From positions 1 through 64,000 of IMG/VR virus record IMGVR_UViG_2775506858_000003: DNA of 64,000 nt; one strand, given 5' to 3'. Under the pieces are notes generated by a model, which made no database searches, was not told where the DNA came from, and saw nothing but the letters and a program-made list of their open reading frames with translations. Below are positions 10,231 to 20,554 of the stretch, in pieces (position 1 is the stretch's first letter; each line of letters starts with the position of its first letter). This stretch comes from a virus. Its lineage: Duplodnaviria > Heunggongvirae > Uroviricota > Caudoviricetes. The translations under genes and the position numbers were made by a program.

Positions 10231-10664
10231 AATTGGATTTCATCAAATTGCCAGGTGGCTCACTTGCTCCCGCGAATGACGAAACATCAGAAAGCATGAA
10301 GCGGTTTAAGAATAATGAGCAGATACAAGTTGATGTGACCATGCCACGCAATATTGATTTTCATCGCAAGGCGTTTGCACTAGCCAATAAAGCATTCGCT
10401 CACTGGTGCGCTGATGGCACAAAAGACCAGTACAAAACGCACAAGACGCAGTTTGAGAGCTTTCGTGAGCAATTGACGGTATTGGCAGGGTATTACGATG
10501 AAGTCTATGCAATCGATGGCTCAGTGCGCTTAATTGCAAAATCTTGGAGCTTTGGCAGTATGGATCAAGAGCAGTTTGAGCATTTTTACTCAGCACTGTG
10601 GCAAGCCATTGCAAACAATGTGGTGCAGTTTGATGAACATGAGCATTGGATGATGGAGTTTTAG
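10227..10664 (+). CDS. hypothetical protein (DUF1367-like, nin region)
   Basis: Synteny next to rusA; weak recollection of DUF1367. Confidence 0.35.
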   Translation: MKLDFIKLPGGSLAPANDETSESMKRFKNNEQIQVDVTMPRNIDFHRKAFALANKAFAHWCADGTKDQYKTHKTQFESFREQLTVLAGYYDEVYAIDGSVRLIAKSWSFGSMDQEQFEHFYSALWQAIANNVVQFDEHEHWMMEF

Positions 10665-10665
10665 A

Positions 10666-10962
10666 GTGAGCAAAATCACAGAATCAGCACGAGGCCAAGA
10701 ATGCCAAATCCGTTTGATAGGTATCTGCAATCACAACGATGAAACTACGGTATTTGCGCATTATCGCAAAGGTGGATTGGGCGGCATGGGCAAGAAACCG
10801 AGCGACTTGTTTGGGGCATACGCTTGCAGCAGTTGCCACGATGCTGTTGATGGCCGCACAAAAACACCGTTTTCACCTGCTGAGTTGGATGCCGACTTCA
10901 AAGATGCGGTGTTTAGAACACAGAATATTTTAATGACCAAAGGCTTAATAAAAGGGACATGA
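10666..10962 (+). CDS. ybcO: YbcO-like (DUF1364) Cys-rich putative nuclease
   Basis: ARGQECQIRLIGICNHNDETTVFAHYR...GKKPSDLFGAYACSSCHDAVDGR closely parallels E. coli DLP12 YbcO. Confidence 0.75.
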   Translation: MSKITESARGQECQIRLIGICNHNDETTVFAHYRKGGLGGMGKKPSDLFGAYACSSCHDAVDGRTKTPFSPAELDADFKDAVFRTQNILMTKGLIKGT

Positions 10963-10963
10963 T

Positions 10964-11551
10964 ATGCAAAAAAAAGAAGATGAACCGTTGTTTATGAGTT
11001 TGCAACATGCCCTGATTTGGTCATTTGTAGAGGCTGAGAAACAATTTACTGGTTACAGCAACACGGCCAGCATCATTCGACACTGTAAACAAAAAGGAGC
11101 AGGGGCGAGTACATCACCTGATGATTTGTCACCACAGGAGAAGAAAACACAGGCCATGTGGGTGTTGGACACGGTGCGCACGGCGTTAAATGAATTTGAA
11201 CAGGCTTTGATTGTGCTTAAGTACGGTCAAGGCTCTATTAACTTCGCGGATGCGTTTGTGCAAGTGGGTTTGGAATATCCGAAATATGAAGCCCATGTGG
11301 TGGATTTGATTTTGTGCAATATTTTCCAGTTTGACCAAACAGGCCGCAAATGGAATCATGGTTCGCGCGGGTGGCAAGACTACCCAACAGTGACACAAAT
11401 TGCTGACGTGGCAGGGATGAGCAGAAAAACTGCCACAAGATGGGTGGGAGAGATTCAAAAAGACATTCATGGGGCATTATTTGCCGCGGAGTTGGTCTTG
11501 AAATTCGAGCTTGAGCGGAGATTGATTTTAAAAATAAAAGCAGTTGCTTGA
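10964..11551 (+). CDS. putative late-gene antiterminator (Q-like) by position
   Basis: Last gene before a promoter plus hairpin and the late operon; no strong motif match. Confidence 0.35.
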   Translation: MQKKEDEPLFMSLQHALIWSFVEAEKQFTGYSNTASIIRHCKQKGAGASTSPDDLSPQEKKTQAMWVLDTVRTALNEFEQALIVLKYGQGSINFADAFVQVGLEYPKYEAHVVDLILCNIFQFDQTGRKWNHGSRGWQDYPTVTQIADVAGMSRKTATRWVGEIQKDIHGALFAAELVLKFELERRLILKIKAVA

Positions 11552-11620
11552 CAAAATGTCCCACTCGCTCCATGATATGGCTATAAACGGCAGCGCTTGC
11601 ATTCAAGGCTGCCGTTAACT
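11548..11620 (+). promoter_or_regulatory. candidate late promoter (TTGACA 11548-11553) plus stable 9-bp-stem hairpin AACGGCAGC...GCTGCCGTT (11587-11617); qut/tR'-like
   Basis: Read directly; hairpin lacks U-tract. Confidence 0.35.
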
Positions 11621-11640
11621 CATTCTGGATAAACTATTGC

Positions 11641-12039
11641 ATGAAAAAAATTGTATTCTTTTGTGTATTGAATTGGGTTATACAAGCTGACGCTTCCGAC
11701 AGGTGGCTTCAGTTGAATTTCAGTGATAGTAATCCCGTGATGTATTTGGATTTGCAAACATTAAAGAGTGATAAGTATTGGGTGAAGTATGTTTATAAGC
11801 ATCCAGAGAAAACTAGAGATTTAACATACAATATATCCTTTAATGAATATAGTTATTCATGCAAAAATGGTAGTGTCATACTTAATGCCAGTCATTTGTA
11901 TTATGAAACGAAGAATAGTAACAAATTTATTAAAACCATAACTTTTGACAATACTTTTTCTAAAATAGAAAGTGTTGTGCCAGGCTCTTTGGGCGAGTCT
12001 ATTTTGACTAAAGTCTGCCTGTTTACAAATCAAATATAA
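11641..12039 (+). CDS. AT-rich secreted protein (signal peptide), moron between late promoter and terminase
   Basis: N-terminal signal peptide; own terminator downstream; low GC. Confidence 0.5.
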   Translation: MKKIVFFCVLNWVIQADASDRWLQLNFSDSNPVMYLDLQTLKSDKYWVKYVYKHPEKTRDLTYNISFNEYSYSCKNGSVILNASHLYYETKNSNKFIKTITFDNTFSKIESVVPGSLGESILTKVCLFTNQI

Positions 12040-12048
12040 AAGAAATTA

Positions 12049-12074
12049 AAACCCGCCCGAGTGGCGGGTTTTTT
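12049..12074 (+). terminator. rho-independent terminator (CCCGCCCGAGTGGCGGG + T6)
   Basis: Direct reading. Confidence 0.75.
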
Positions 12075-12079
12075 CATGG

Positions 12080-12334
12080 GTGATTGGTATGAAACGAGCC
12101 AAGCAAAACGGCCTACAGCGTAAGCGTAATGTGCATTGTGTTGGTGACGGGCTTGGCATGAGGCATGTGTATCTTGATGGTGAAATTCAAGAGCATTGTA
12201 TTTGTGCCAATGTCCGCCGAGGTTTCATTATTCGGCACAAGAAAGGCCGAGATGGCCATTTGATTGTTGATTTTGCTACTGAGAGTTTGGTTACTGAAAA
12301 GGTGCGGGGCAAGGTTCGGGTTAAGTTTATTTGA
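12080..12334 (+). CDS. hypothetical Cys/His-rich small protein upstream of terS
   Basis: ORF; no confident family. Confidence 0.3.
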   Translation: MIGMKRAKQNGLQRKRNVHCVGDGLGMRHVYLDGEIQEHCICANVRRGFIIRHKKGRDGHLIVDFATESLVTEKVRGKVRVKFI

Positions 12335-12852
12335 AAGGAAGCAGTATGGCTGGAAAGGCTGCAAAGTCAGCCTCAAAGCAGGCTGCGCGTGGACGCCCAA
12401 CAAAGTATAAAGCGGAGTATGCGGAACAGGCGAGAAAGCTGTGCTTGTTGGGCGCAACTGATGTGGAAATGGCAGATTTCTTTGAGGTATCGGAGCTGAC
12501 AATTAACCGATGGAAGAAAGAACATCCCGAATTTTGTAAGTCCATAAAAAAGGGCAAGCTAATTGCCGATGCAGAGGTGGCAGACAAGCTTTACAACCGA
12601 GCCACTGGTTACGATGCTCCTGACACCGATATTCGAGTCATTGACCAGAAAATAGTGGAAACGCCGATTATCAAACATTATCCGCCTGACCCAGTCAGTG
12701 GCATATTTTGGCTTAAGAACCGGCAGCCTAAAAAATGGCGTGACAAACCTGACGAGGCACCACCTGAGAATCAAGTAACGCCGGTAAAAGTAGTGATTAA
12801 CGTACAGGACGCAAGGAAGCCAGGCAATGCAGAATCCGAGTCCGACGCTTAA
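12331..12852 (+). CDS. terS: terminase small subunit
   Basis: GRPTKYKAEYAEQARKLCLLGATDVEMADFFEVSELTINRWKKEHPEF is the typical terminase small-subunit N-terminus; precedes TerL. Confidence 0.8.
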   Translation: MKGSSMAGKAAKSASKQAARGRPTKYKAEYAEQARKLCLLGATDVEMADFFEVSELTINRWKKEHPEFCKSIKKGKLIADAEVADKLYNRATGYDAPDTDIRVIDQKIVETPIIKHYPPDPVSGIFWLKNRQPKKWRDKPDEAPPENQVTPVKVVINVQDARKPGNAESESDA

Positions 12853-14113
12853 TCTGCGCCAAGCCCAATTTATTGCACTTGAAAAGAAGTTCAAAGCGTT
12901 TGTGGGTGGCTTCGGTAGTGGTAAGACGTGGGTAGGGTGCGGTGGAATATGTAAGCATGTGTACGAACATCCAAACGTAAACGCTGGTTACTTTGCGCCG
13001 ACATACTCGCAGATTCGAGACATTTTCTTTCCCACGATTGATGAAGTGGCATTTGACTGGGGCTTGAATGTTGACATCAAAGAGAGCAACAAAGAAGTAC
13101 ACTTTTATAGTGGCGTGCAATACCGTGGCACCGTCATTTGTCGTTCGATGGATAAGCCAAGCACCATCGTGGGCTTCAAGATAGGCCATGCGTTGTGTGA
13201 TGAAATTGATGTAATGGCCAAGACTAAGGCCACACAAGCATGGCGCAAGATTATTGCCCGTATGCGTTACAACATCAGTAGCCTGAGAAACGGCATTGAC
13301 GTTACAACGACGCCAGAGGGCTTTCAATTTGTGTATGAGCAGTTTGTTAAAGAAGTGCGCAAAAAACCCGAGTTGGCGGCGCTTTATGGCATGGTGCAAG
13401 CAAGTACGTACGACAACGAACTGAACTTGCCAGACGACTACATACCGTCGCTGATGGCATCGTACCCACCACAATTGATTAAAGCCTATTTGCGCGGTGA
13501 GTTTGTGAACTTGACCAGCGGCGCGGTGTATTACGACTTTGACCGACAATTAAACCACACTGACGAAATGATTATGCCAAGCGATACATTGCACATCGGC
13601 ATGGACTTTAACGTGCTCAAAATGGCGGCTGTAGTCTATGTGGTGCGAGATGGCGCGCCGTTGGCTTTGGGCGAGTTGGTTAATTTGCGTGATACCCGTG
13701 AAATGGCTCTGGCAATCAAAGAGCGGTACCCGCGATTCAACATTGTGATTTACCCCGATGCCAGTGGTCAAAATACATCAAGCAAGAACGCATCTGAGTC
13801 TGATTTGACCATCTTGCGCCAAGCGGGTTTCACCGTGAATGTGGAGCCCTCCAACCCCGCCGTTAAAGACCGTATCAACTCTGTGAATGGCTTGATATGC
13901 AACAGCGAAGGGAAGCGCCGGCTTAAAGTGAACACGCACCTGTGTCCACACTTGACCGAGGGCTTGGAGCAGCAAGTATATGGCATCAGTGGACAGCCCG
14001 ACAAAACGGCTGGCGTTGACCACGTTAATGACGCCGCCGGTTATCCGCTTGTTAAGCTCTACCCGATTATCAGGCCAAGCATTGCCGCCACATCACTATC
14101 AGGATTTAGCTAA
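12827..14113 (+). CDS. terL: terminase large subunit
   Basis: Walker A GGFGSGKT, Walker B LCDEID, C-terminal nuclease-like acidic motifs; 428 aa. Confidence 0.9.
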   Translation: MQNPSPTLNLRQAQFIALEKKFKAFVGGFGSGKTWVGCGGICKHVYEHPNVNAGYFAPTYSQIRDIFFPTIDEVAFDWGLNVDIKESNKEVHFYSGVQYRGTVICRSMDKPSTIVGFKIGHALCDEIDVMAKTKATQAWRKIIARMRYNISSLRNGIDVTTTPEGFQFVYEQFVKEVRKKPELAALYGMVQASTYDNELNLPDDYIPSLMASYPPQLIKAYLRGEFVNLTSGAVYYDFDRQLNHTDEMIMPSDTLHIGMDFNVLKMAAVVYVVRDGAPLALGELVNLRDTREMALAIKERYPRFNIVIYPDASGQNTSSKNASESDLTILRQAGFTVNVEPSNPAVKDRINSVNGLICNSEGKRRLKVNTHLCPHLTEGLEQQVYGISGQPDKTAGVDHVNDAAGYPLVKLYPIIRPSIAATSLSGFS

Positions 14114-14133
14114 CCGCCGCTGGCGGTTTTTTA
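14112..14133 (+). terminator. terminator-like hairpin after terL (CCGCCGCTGGCGG + T6)
   Basis: Direct reading. Confidence 0.5.
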
Positions 14134-14147
14134 TTGAGTAAAAGACT

Positions 14148-15587
14148 ATGCCAGTATCTTCAAAACACAAGCAATATGAAGCCGCTCAGCCGCAATGGGA
14201 AAAGGTTCGTGACGCGCTTAAGGGCGAGGACCATATCAAGAGTCTAGGCGATAAGTATCTGCCGAAATCGTCAGGCATGCGCGCAATTGAATCAGACAAA
14301 AGTGTAAGTGCAACCATTACCAAAGCGCTGTATGACTCTTACAAGATGCGCGCTGATTATCCTGAGTGGACACGCGAGACACGTCGAACTGCCATAGGCT
14401 TGGTGTCCAAACTGAATCCGGTCATTACCGAGTTGCCGAAGTCGCTGGAACATTTACTGACCAACGCAACATGCGACGGCTTTGGCTTAGACCAGCTTTG
14501 GCTGCGAAACGCTGATGAGTTGTATTCTGTTGGCCGTGTTGTGCTCGTCGTGGATATGGACAGTAGCAGCAAGCCATATTTTGCAACTTATTCAGCAGAA
14601 TCGTTTATCAATTGGGACACCGAGATTGTAGATGGGCGCCGTGATTTGGTTTTGGCAGTGTTTGAGGAATCGGTAAACAACCCGAACAGCACAGACAGAT
14701 TTGCACACGAAACAGTGAAGCAATTTCGCGTGTATGAACTGATTGATGGTCAATGTAAGGTATCGGTTTATGACAAGGACGAAAAACTGGTGCCCGATAG
14801 CGAGGTATGGCTTAAAGGCCGTGGCGGGGTGCCATTGACCTACATACCGGTGGTGGTGGGTGGTGCACTGGTTAACTCGATAAACATCAACGAATCACCG
14901 TTGTTGGGGGTGGCGCAGGCCGCTGCCAAGGCGTATATGACCAGCGCTGACTATCACCAAGAGTTGCACCTTACCGCACATGCGCAGCCGGTTGTAACGG
15001 GAATGCAGACAACCTACAAAGATGGCAAAGAGATTAATCCCGAAATCAAGTACATTGGGCCACAAGCGGTAATTACTTTGCCCGTCGGTGCAGATTTCAA
15101 ATTTGTCGAGATTACAGGCAATGGCATTGAGGCCAAGCGCCAAGCCATCATGGACAAAAAGAACGCGGCGGCTGAGGTCGGTGCCAAAACCATCGACATC
15201 GGCGGCGTAGAGTCAGGCGATGCGCGCAATGCCCGACAGTCCGACCAACAGGCCAGTTTACAATCGGTGGTGACCAATTCGGCGTTGATGATTCAGCAAG
15301 GCACACGTTACGCGGCTGATATGGCTGGCGTCACTGAGGCGTTGGCAAACAAAATCTTGTTTACGGTTGATGCTGAGTTCAACCAAACCGTAGCTGATCC
15401 GCAAATGTTGACTGCGCTCAACAATGCTGTGAACGCAGAAACACTGCCGCTTGATGCTGTGTATGCATACGCAATCAAAACCAAGATGATAGACCCCGAA
15501 ACAACCATTGATGACTATCGGGGCATGATTGAGAACGGGGCTTCATATGTCAATACAGGCGCAAATAAACGAACAGACGATTCGTAA
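14148..15587 (+). CDS. portal protein
   Basis: 479 aa directly after terL, before MuF-like gene. Confidence 0.7.
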   Translation: MPVSSKHKQYEAAQPQWEKVRDALKGEDHIKSLGDKYLPKSSGMRAIESDKSVSATITKALYDSYKMRADYPEWTRETRRTAIGLVSKLNPVITELPKSLEHLLTNATCDGFGLDQLWLRNADELYSVGRVVLVVDMDSSSKPYFATYSAESFINWDTEIVDGRRDLVLAVFEESVNNPNSTDRFAHETVKQFRVYELIDGQCKVSVYDKDEKLVPDSEVWLKGRGGVPLTYIPVVVGGALVNSININESPLLGVAQAAAKAYMTSADYHQELHLTAHAQPVVTGMQTTYKDGKEINPEIKYIGPQAVITLPVGADFKFVEITGNGIEAKRQAIMDKKNAAAEVGAKTIDIGGVESGDARNARQSDQQASLQSVVTNSALMIQQGTRYAADMAGVTEALANKILFTVDAEFNQTVADPQMLTALNNAVNAETLPLDAVYAYAIKTKMIDPETTIDDYRGMIENGASYVNTGANKRTDDS

Positions 15588-16611
15588 TGCCGTCTTGCTC
15601 GAAGGTGTCAAAGAAGACCAAGTAGGCGCCATTTTGATGATGCTGGCTGTGTTGGATAAGCGCATCAAGGCCATGCTCAGCGGTGACGAATTGGTTGAAT
15701 TACCCCGTTCTGAATTGAAGCGGCTATTGTCGGAAGTGCGCGGCGAAGTCAAAGCGGTGTTGGGAGGCATGATTGAATCACTCGAAACCAATTTACTGGC
15801 GATTGCTGACCAACAGGCCGACTTCGAGGTGCACAACCTTGCAATTGTCGGCGTGGTGCCGATAAAGCCCAGCGAGGCCAAAATTCACAACGCAATGGAA
15901 AACAACCCTCTGGCCGCGCGCGGTATCAGTGGTGATGGTTTGCTCACATCATACTTTGCCGAAGTGAACCAGCGCGAACAAGACCGTGTTGTCTCAGTCA
16001 TCCGCCAAGGGGTGAGTCAAGGCTTAACAAATCAGCAAATGATTCAGCAAATCATTGGCACCAGGGCACATAAGTACAAAGACGGTATCTTGCAGATAAC
16101 ACGCAAGCAAGCAGAGGACATTGTTCGCACGTCAGTACAGCATGTACACGCGCAAGCACGCCAAGCTGTTTGGGTGGCTAATGACGATATTGTCGATGAA
16201 GTCGAGATGGTCGCCACACTGGACGGTAAAACGTCTGCAACATGTCGCTCAATGGACGGAATGCGGTTCAAAATCTATGAGGGGCCACGACCTCCATTCC
16301 ATTTGCGCTGTCGAACAACCACAGTGCCGGTCATAAACGAAAAATACGCGGGCAAGGGCAAGGATGTAAGTACGCGGGCAAGTATGAACGGCCAAGTGCC
16401 AAGTGGCATGAAGTATTACGACTGGCTGCTGACCCAATCAGTAGAGTTTCAAGATGAGGTGCTTGGGCCTACTCGCGGGAAGTTATTGCGCGATGGCGGC
16501 ATTACAGCGCAACAGTTTGCGAGCATGCAGCTTGACCGCAGTTTTCAACCGATTACGCTCGAACGGATGCGCGAACTGTATCCCGAGGTGTTCAGAAAGG
16601 CCGCAGCATGA
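15547..16611 (+). CDS. head morphogenesis protein (SPP1 gp7 / Mu F-like)
   Basis: Position after portal; MuF-like core (TSATCRSMDGMRF); preferred start ATG 15547. Confidence 0.7.
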   Translation: MSIQAQINEQTIRNAVLLEGVKEDQVGAILMMLAVLDKRIKAMLSGDELVELPRSELKRLLSEVRGEVKAVLGGMIESLETNLLAIADQQADFEVHNLAIVGVVPIKPSEAKIHNAMENNPLAARGISGDGLLTSYFAEVNQREQDRVVSVIRQGVSQGLTNQQMIQQIIGTRAHKYKDGILQITRKQAEDIVRTSVQHVHAQARQAVWVANDDIVDEVEMVATLDGKTSATCRSMDGMRFKIYEGPRPPFHLRCRTTTVPVINEKYAGKGKDVSTRASMNGQVPSGMKYYDWLLTQSVEFQDEVLGPTRGKLLRDGGITAQQFASMQLDRSFQPITLERMRELYPEVFRKAAA

Positions 16612-16763
16612 AGATATGGCACGTTATACCCATTGAGGACTTGAAAGAGCACGAGGAATCGCCAGAGTGCTGGTGCAACCCGACTGAGACGGAGGCGGTT
16701 TGGGTGCATAACGCGGCAGATGGGCGCGAAGCATACGAAACTGGTGTACGGCAATTGCATTAA
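16608..16763 (+). CDS. small Cys-containing protein (51 aa, below the track cutoff)
   Basis: ATGA overlap with the MuF gene; two terminators follow. Confidence 0.3.
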   Translation: MKIWHVIPIEDLKEHEESPECWCNPTETEAVWVHNAADGREAYETGVRQLH

Positions 16764-16766
16764 AAA

Positions 16767-16826
16767 GCGGGATTCTCCCGCATTAAATTTTTAAACATAG
16801 AAGACAGCTCAAGGCTGTCTTTTTTT
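16767..16826 (+). terminator. two tandem rho-independent terminators (GCGGGATTCTCCCGC...; AGACAGC-TCAA-GGCTGTCT + T7)
   Basis: Direct reading. Confidence 0.7.
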
Positions 16827-16864
16827 ATTTAAGTCCGCTAGGCGGCAACTCAAGGAGTTTTAGC

Positions 16865-17647
16865 ATGAAATTTCGCAATCAATGGATGAAGTATGGCTTC
16901 CGCAACGAATCTGGAAGCGACGGCGGCGATAGTGGCAGTGGCGGTCAAGGCAATGCCAAGACCTACACGGAAGAAGAATTACAGGCCGCAATCGAAGCCC
17001 AAACGTCTGGCCTCAAATCAAAACGTGATGAATTGTTGAATGCACAAAAGCAGCTCAAGGAGCAGCTCAAGCAATTCGATGGCATAGACCCCGAAGCAAC
17101 TCGCAATATGCTGAAACGCTTTGAAAACGATGAAGAAGCCAAACTGATTGCGGCGGGCAATGTTGATGAAGTGGTAAACCGCCGTGTTGACCGAATGCAG
17201 TCTGATTTCGATAAGAATTTGAAGATTGCACAGGCCGAAACGCAGAAATATCAACAAAAAGCCCAAAACTTGGAACAGACCGTCATCAATGGGCATGTGG
17301 CACAGGCCGCTGCCGCTGCGGGCGTGTTGCCCAATGCAATTGATGACATTGCCGCCTTATCCAAAGGCATGTTTGCGCTCAATGACCAAGGCCAAGCCTT
17401 ATTAATTGGGGCTGATGGCCAACCACAATATGCTGCCGACGGTAAAACGCCGATGACGGCGCATGACTGGGTAAGCAACATGAAAGAAACGAAGCCGTAC
17501 TTTTTCCCATCTGCCCAAGGTGGTGGCGCGCGTGGCAGCGATGGTGCGAGTGGCGGCAGCTTGAAGCGTTCGCAAATGAGCGCTGAGCAAGTTCACGAAT
17601 ATACACAAAAACATGGCCGTGCTGCTTATTTAGCACTGCCGAAATAA
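16865..17647 (+). CDS. capsid scaffolding protein
   Basis: Coiled-coil, Gly/Ser-rich termini, located between MuF and the capsid gene. Confidence 0.6.
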   Translation: MKFRNQWMKYGFRNESGSDGGDSGSGGQGNAKTYTEEELQAAIEAQTSGLKSKRDELLNAQKQLKEQLKQFDGIDPEATRNMLKRFENDEEAKLIAAGNVDEVVNRRVDRMQSDFDKNLKIAQAETQKYQQKAQNLEQTVINGHVAQAAAAAGVLPNAIDDIAALSKGMFALNDQGQALLIGADGQPQYAADGKTPMTAHDWVSNMKETKPYFFPSAQGGGARGSDGASGGSLKRSQMSAEQVHEYTQKHGRAAYLALPK

Positions 17648-17661
17648 TGAAAGGGCTTTAA

Positions 17662-18603
17662 ATGGCTACAACTTTAAACAGTGATGTAATCATCTACAAC
17701 GATTTGGCGCAAACAGCCTATTTGGAACGCCTCCAAGACAACTTGGATGTATTCAATACGGCCGCAAATGGCGCTATTTTGTTATCGGATGAAAACATCG
17801 AGGGCGATTTCCGTCAGCGCTCATTCTACAAAATTGGTGGCGCTGTCGAACATCGTGACGTCAACTCTGATGCCGATGCAGTGGCGAAGAAAATCGCAAT
17901 GGGCGAAATGGTCGGCGTGAAAGTGCCGTTCAAGTATGGCCCTTACGAAACCACTGAAGAAGCAATGAAGCGCCGTGCGCGAACTGTTGAAGAATTTTCT
18001 CAAGTGGTTGGTCAAGACTATGCCGATGCGTTGATGGCTTATTACTTCTCACATGCTTCTGCTGCCTTGGTGGGTGCAATTGGCACCAATGCAGCCATGC
18101 AGGTCAGCGCTACCTTTGCAACTCACGGCAAGAAAGTCTTGACCAAAGGCATGCGCACGTTTGGCGACAAGTTCGGTCGCATTGGCTTGTGGGTAATGGA
18201 TTCGGCCACTTACTTCGATTTGGTGGATGATGCCATCGGTGAAAAGCTGTTCGGTGAAATTGACCAAGTGATCTATGGCGGCACACCTGGCACGATGGGC
18301 AAACCAGTGTTGGTATCTGACCAAGTAAAAACAGATTCAATTTTCGGTCTGCAAGCGGGTGCAGTACAAATTACCAATTCTCAATTGCCGGCATTCCGTG
18401 GCTATCCAGTCAACGACAAAGAAAACTTGGGTATCGGCATTCGCGGTGAAGGTACATTTAACATTGATGTACTTGGCTATTCGTACAAACAAGCTGCGGG
18501 TGCCAATCCTAATTTGGCAACCATTGGAGCGGCGGCAAGTTGGGTGAAATACGCGACGAGTGATAAAAACACTGCTGGCGTATTGATTAACACTGGCCCA
18601 TAA
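17662..18603 (+). CDS. major capsid protein
   Basis: 313 aa after scaffold; strong RBS; synteny. Confidence 0.7.
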   Translation: MATTLNSDVIIYNDLAQTAYLERLQDNLDVFNTAANGAILLSDENIEGDFRQRSFYKIGGAVEHRDVNSDADAVAKKIAMGEMVGVKVPFKYGPYETTEEAMKRRARTVEEFSQVVGQDYADALMAYYFSHASAALVGAIGTNAAMQVSATFATHGKKVLTKGMRTFGDKFGRIGLWVMDSATYFDLVDDAIGEKLFGEIDQVIYGGTPGTMGKPVLVSDQVKTDSIFGLQAGAVQITNSQLPAFRGYPVNDKENLGIGIRGEGTFNIDVLGYSYKQAAGANPNLATIGAAASWVKYATSDKNTAGVLINTGP

Positions 18604-18663
18604 GCCAACAAACAGCGGCGCATCTGATTAAGGTGCGCCAATTTTGTACCTAAGGAGCAAAAC

Positions 18664-18981
18664 ATGGATTTGGTTTACACGAAAAACGGAATTGAAGCGG
18701 ATGGCATTACAGGCCAGTATCGCAATGCTGACTACTTTCAAAACCCTGAAACATTGCCTGAAGGCAGTAAAGTGGCCGTCATTGGTGATTACCCACACAT
18801 TGCAGAAGCATACAAAGCGGCCGGTGTCGAAGTGCTTTTTACCGAGGCTAAGCCTCAAAATGTGGATTTGTCTACATTGTCGGTAAAAGAGCTGCGCGAA
18901 CACTTGACCACTGCTGGTATTGAATTCCCTGCAAACGCATCAAAAGATGATCTTTTAAACTTGGCAAAACAGGGCGCTTAA
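18664..18981 (+). CDS. head-associated protein with C-terminal HeH/SAP-like motif
   Basis: LSVKELREHLTTAGIEFPANASKDDLLNL resembles Rho-N/HeH motif. Confidence 0.4.
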   Translation: MDLVYTKNGIEADGITGQYRNADYFQNPETLPEGSKVAVIGDYPHIAEAYKAAGVEVLFTEAKPQNVDLSTLSVKELREHLTTAGIEFPANASKDDLLNLAKQGA

Positions 18982-18983
18982 TC

Positions 18984-19361
18984 ATGGAAGCCTACATCAC
19001 AGTGACCTATGTTGATTCGGTGCTTGGTAGTGATTGGGCATCTGTAGCAGTTCCAAAAGAGCGCGCAGTGATGTTGGCTAATCTGTGGCTTAGCACTCAA
19101 AATCTGCAAAGCTTTGTAACGGTTCCTGATGCGGTCAAGATGGCGGGTATTGAACTGGTGCAATTGGCCGTTGATGACCAATTGTATCAAGACACGTCCA
19201 CAGGGGTGGTTTCCAAGCGCGTCAAGGCTGATTCTGTCGAAGTTGAGACCGAGTATAGCCAAACAGATAAGGGTTCGTCACAGCGCCTTAAAATCGCTCT
19301 AGACCTTATAGCGCCATTCGTGATGAAACAGAGCCTTGTCTCACTAATTTGGAAAATCTAA
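18984..19361 (+). CDS. head-tail connector (gp6-like)
   Basis: Size/position; gp6-like N-terminus. Confidence 0.45.
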   Translation: MEAYITVTYVDSVLGSDWASVAVPKERAVMLANLWLSTQNLQSFVTVPDAVKMAGIELVQLAVDDQLYQDTSTGVVSKRVKADSVEVETEYSQTDKGSSQRLKIALDLIAPFVMKQSLVSLIWKI

Positions 19362-19723
19362 TGCGCTCTGAAATTCAAACAGAACTCGCCGCTGCGATGA
19401 GTGATGATTTGGCAGATGCCGCCAAGCCTTTTACTTGCGTTCGCGAAACCTATGAACTCAACAAAATCACGGGCAAACAGACGCTTAAAGAACGCTTGGA
19501 ATATTCTGGCCGCGCCGTGTATCCACTCGGTTACAAGCGTGATGAAGCTGAAATGCTGAAAATTCAGGCGACTGATGCCAAGGCCATCATTTTGCAAAAC
19601 GAGTGTAGCGCTATACCGGCAGTGGATGACGAATTGGTGTTCGGTACTCAAAAGATGAAAGTGATTAATGTGAGGCAAGACCCAGTGGCCGCCACATGGT
19701 CGCTTCAACTGCGAAAGGTTTGA
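19349..19723 (+). CDS. head closure / head-tail adaptor
   Basis: Synteny. Confidence 0.4.
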   Translation: MENLMRSEIQTELAAAMSDDLADAAKPFTCVRETYELNKITGKQTLKERLEYSGRAVYPLGYKRDEAEMLKIQATDAKAIILQNECSAIPAVDDELVFGTQKMKVINVRQDPVAATWSLQLRKV

Positions 19724-19725
19724 TT

Positions 19726-20121
19726 ATGAGCGCATGGAGCATGCCGCCGGAGTTATTCGCTGATGTGATAGAAGAAGACATCGACAACACAGCAAGAGGC
19801 TTCGCATTGACCTGTTATCGCAACATTATCTTGGCATCGCCAGTTGATACAGGCCGCTTTCGCGCAAGTCATATTGTTAGCGTTAATGAGCCGTATTATA
19901 CGGTGACAGTGGCTGGCTCGATGATGATTGATTTAAGCCCTGAGCAATTGATTGAATTCGCAAGGCGCGCTGTTAATGTCAAACACAAGGGCAAACTTCG
20001 CAGCATCTACATTCAAACCAACGTGCCATATGCCGAAGCACTTGAGAACGGGCACTCAAAACAAGCTTCTGCTGGCGTGTATGGCCCCGCATTCAATGCC
20101 GCAGTGGTGAAATACTCATGA
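19726..20121 (+). CDS. HK97 gp10-family tail component
   Basis: SPVDTGRFRASH matches gp10 family PVDTGxLRxS; start ATG 19726 overlapping the upstream stop. Confidence 0.65.
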   Translation: MSAWSMPPELFADVIEEDIDNTARGFALTCYRNIILASPVDTGRFRASHIVSVNEPYYTVTVAGSMMIDLSPEQLIEFARRAVNVKHKGKLRSIYIQTNVPYAEALENGHSKQASAGVYGPAFNAAVVKYS

Positions 20122-20513
20122 CCCCATACGAAGCACAACAGGCGCTATTGGCGCATTTCTTTGCTGCCACATTCATCGATGTGGATGTGTTTGACACGCC
20201 GAATTCTGACTCATTTGCTCGTCCTGAAAAGGGAATTTGGGGCAGAGTGAACTTTAGCGGCGCGTTTGGGGCATTTGCCGGATTTGGCGATAACCCTCGC
20301 ACCAAGCAATCGGGCACGATGGTCGTGCAATTGTTTGTGCCCAAAGGTTCGGGATGGGGCGAATTGTCCGAGTTTGCGAGTCAACTGGCGGCCTATTTGT
20401 CTTGGCATGACTATGACCGGCTCGAAACGCATGCGGCCAGCATTATCGATGTGGGTGAGCGTGATGGGCAGTATCAATACAACGTGTCCTTGCCTTACAT
20501 CATCAAACCTTAA
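20118..20513 (+). CDS. tail completion / tail terminator-like protein
   Basis: Synteny before the major tail gene. Confidence 0.45.
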   Translation: MTPYEAQQALLAHFFAATFIDVDVFDTPNSDSFARPEKGIWGRVNFSGAFGAFAGFGDNPRTKQSGTMVVQLFVPKGSGWGELSEFASQLAAYLSWHDYDRLETHAASIIDVGERDGQYQYNVSLPYIIKP

Positions 20514-20517
20514 TACA

Positions 20518-20539
20518 AGCCGCCCGTGAGGCGGTTTTT
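20518..20539 (+). terminator. terminator-like hairpin (GCCGCC-CGTGA-GGCGG + T5) before the major tail gene
   Basis: Direct reading. Confidence 0.5.
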
Positions 20540-20554
20540 AATTGGAGAACACCC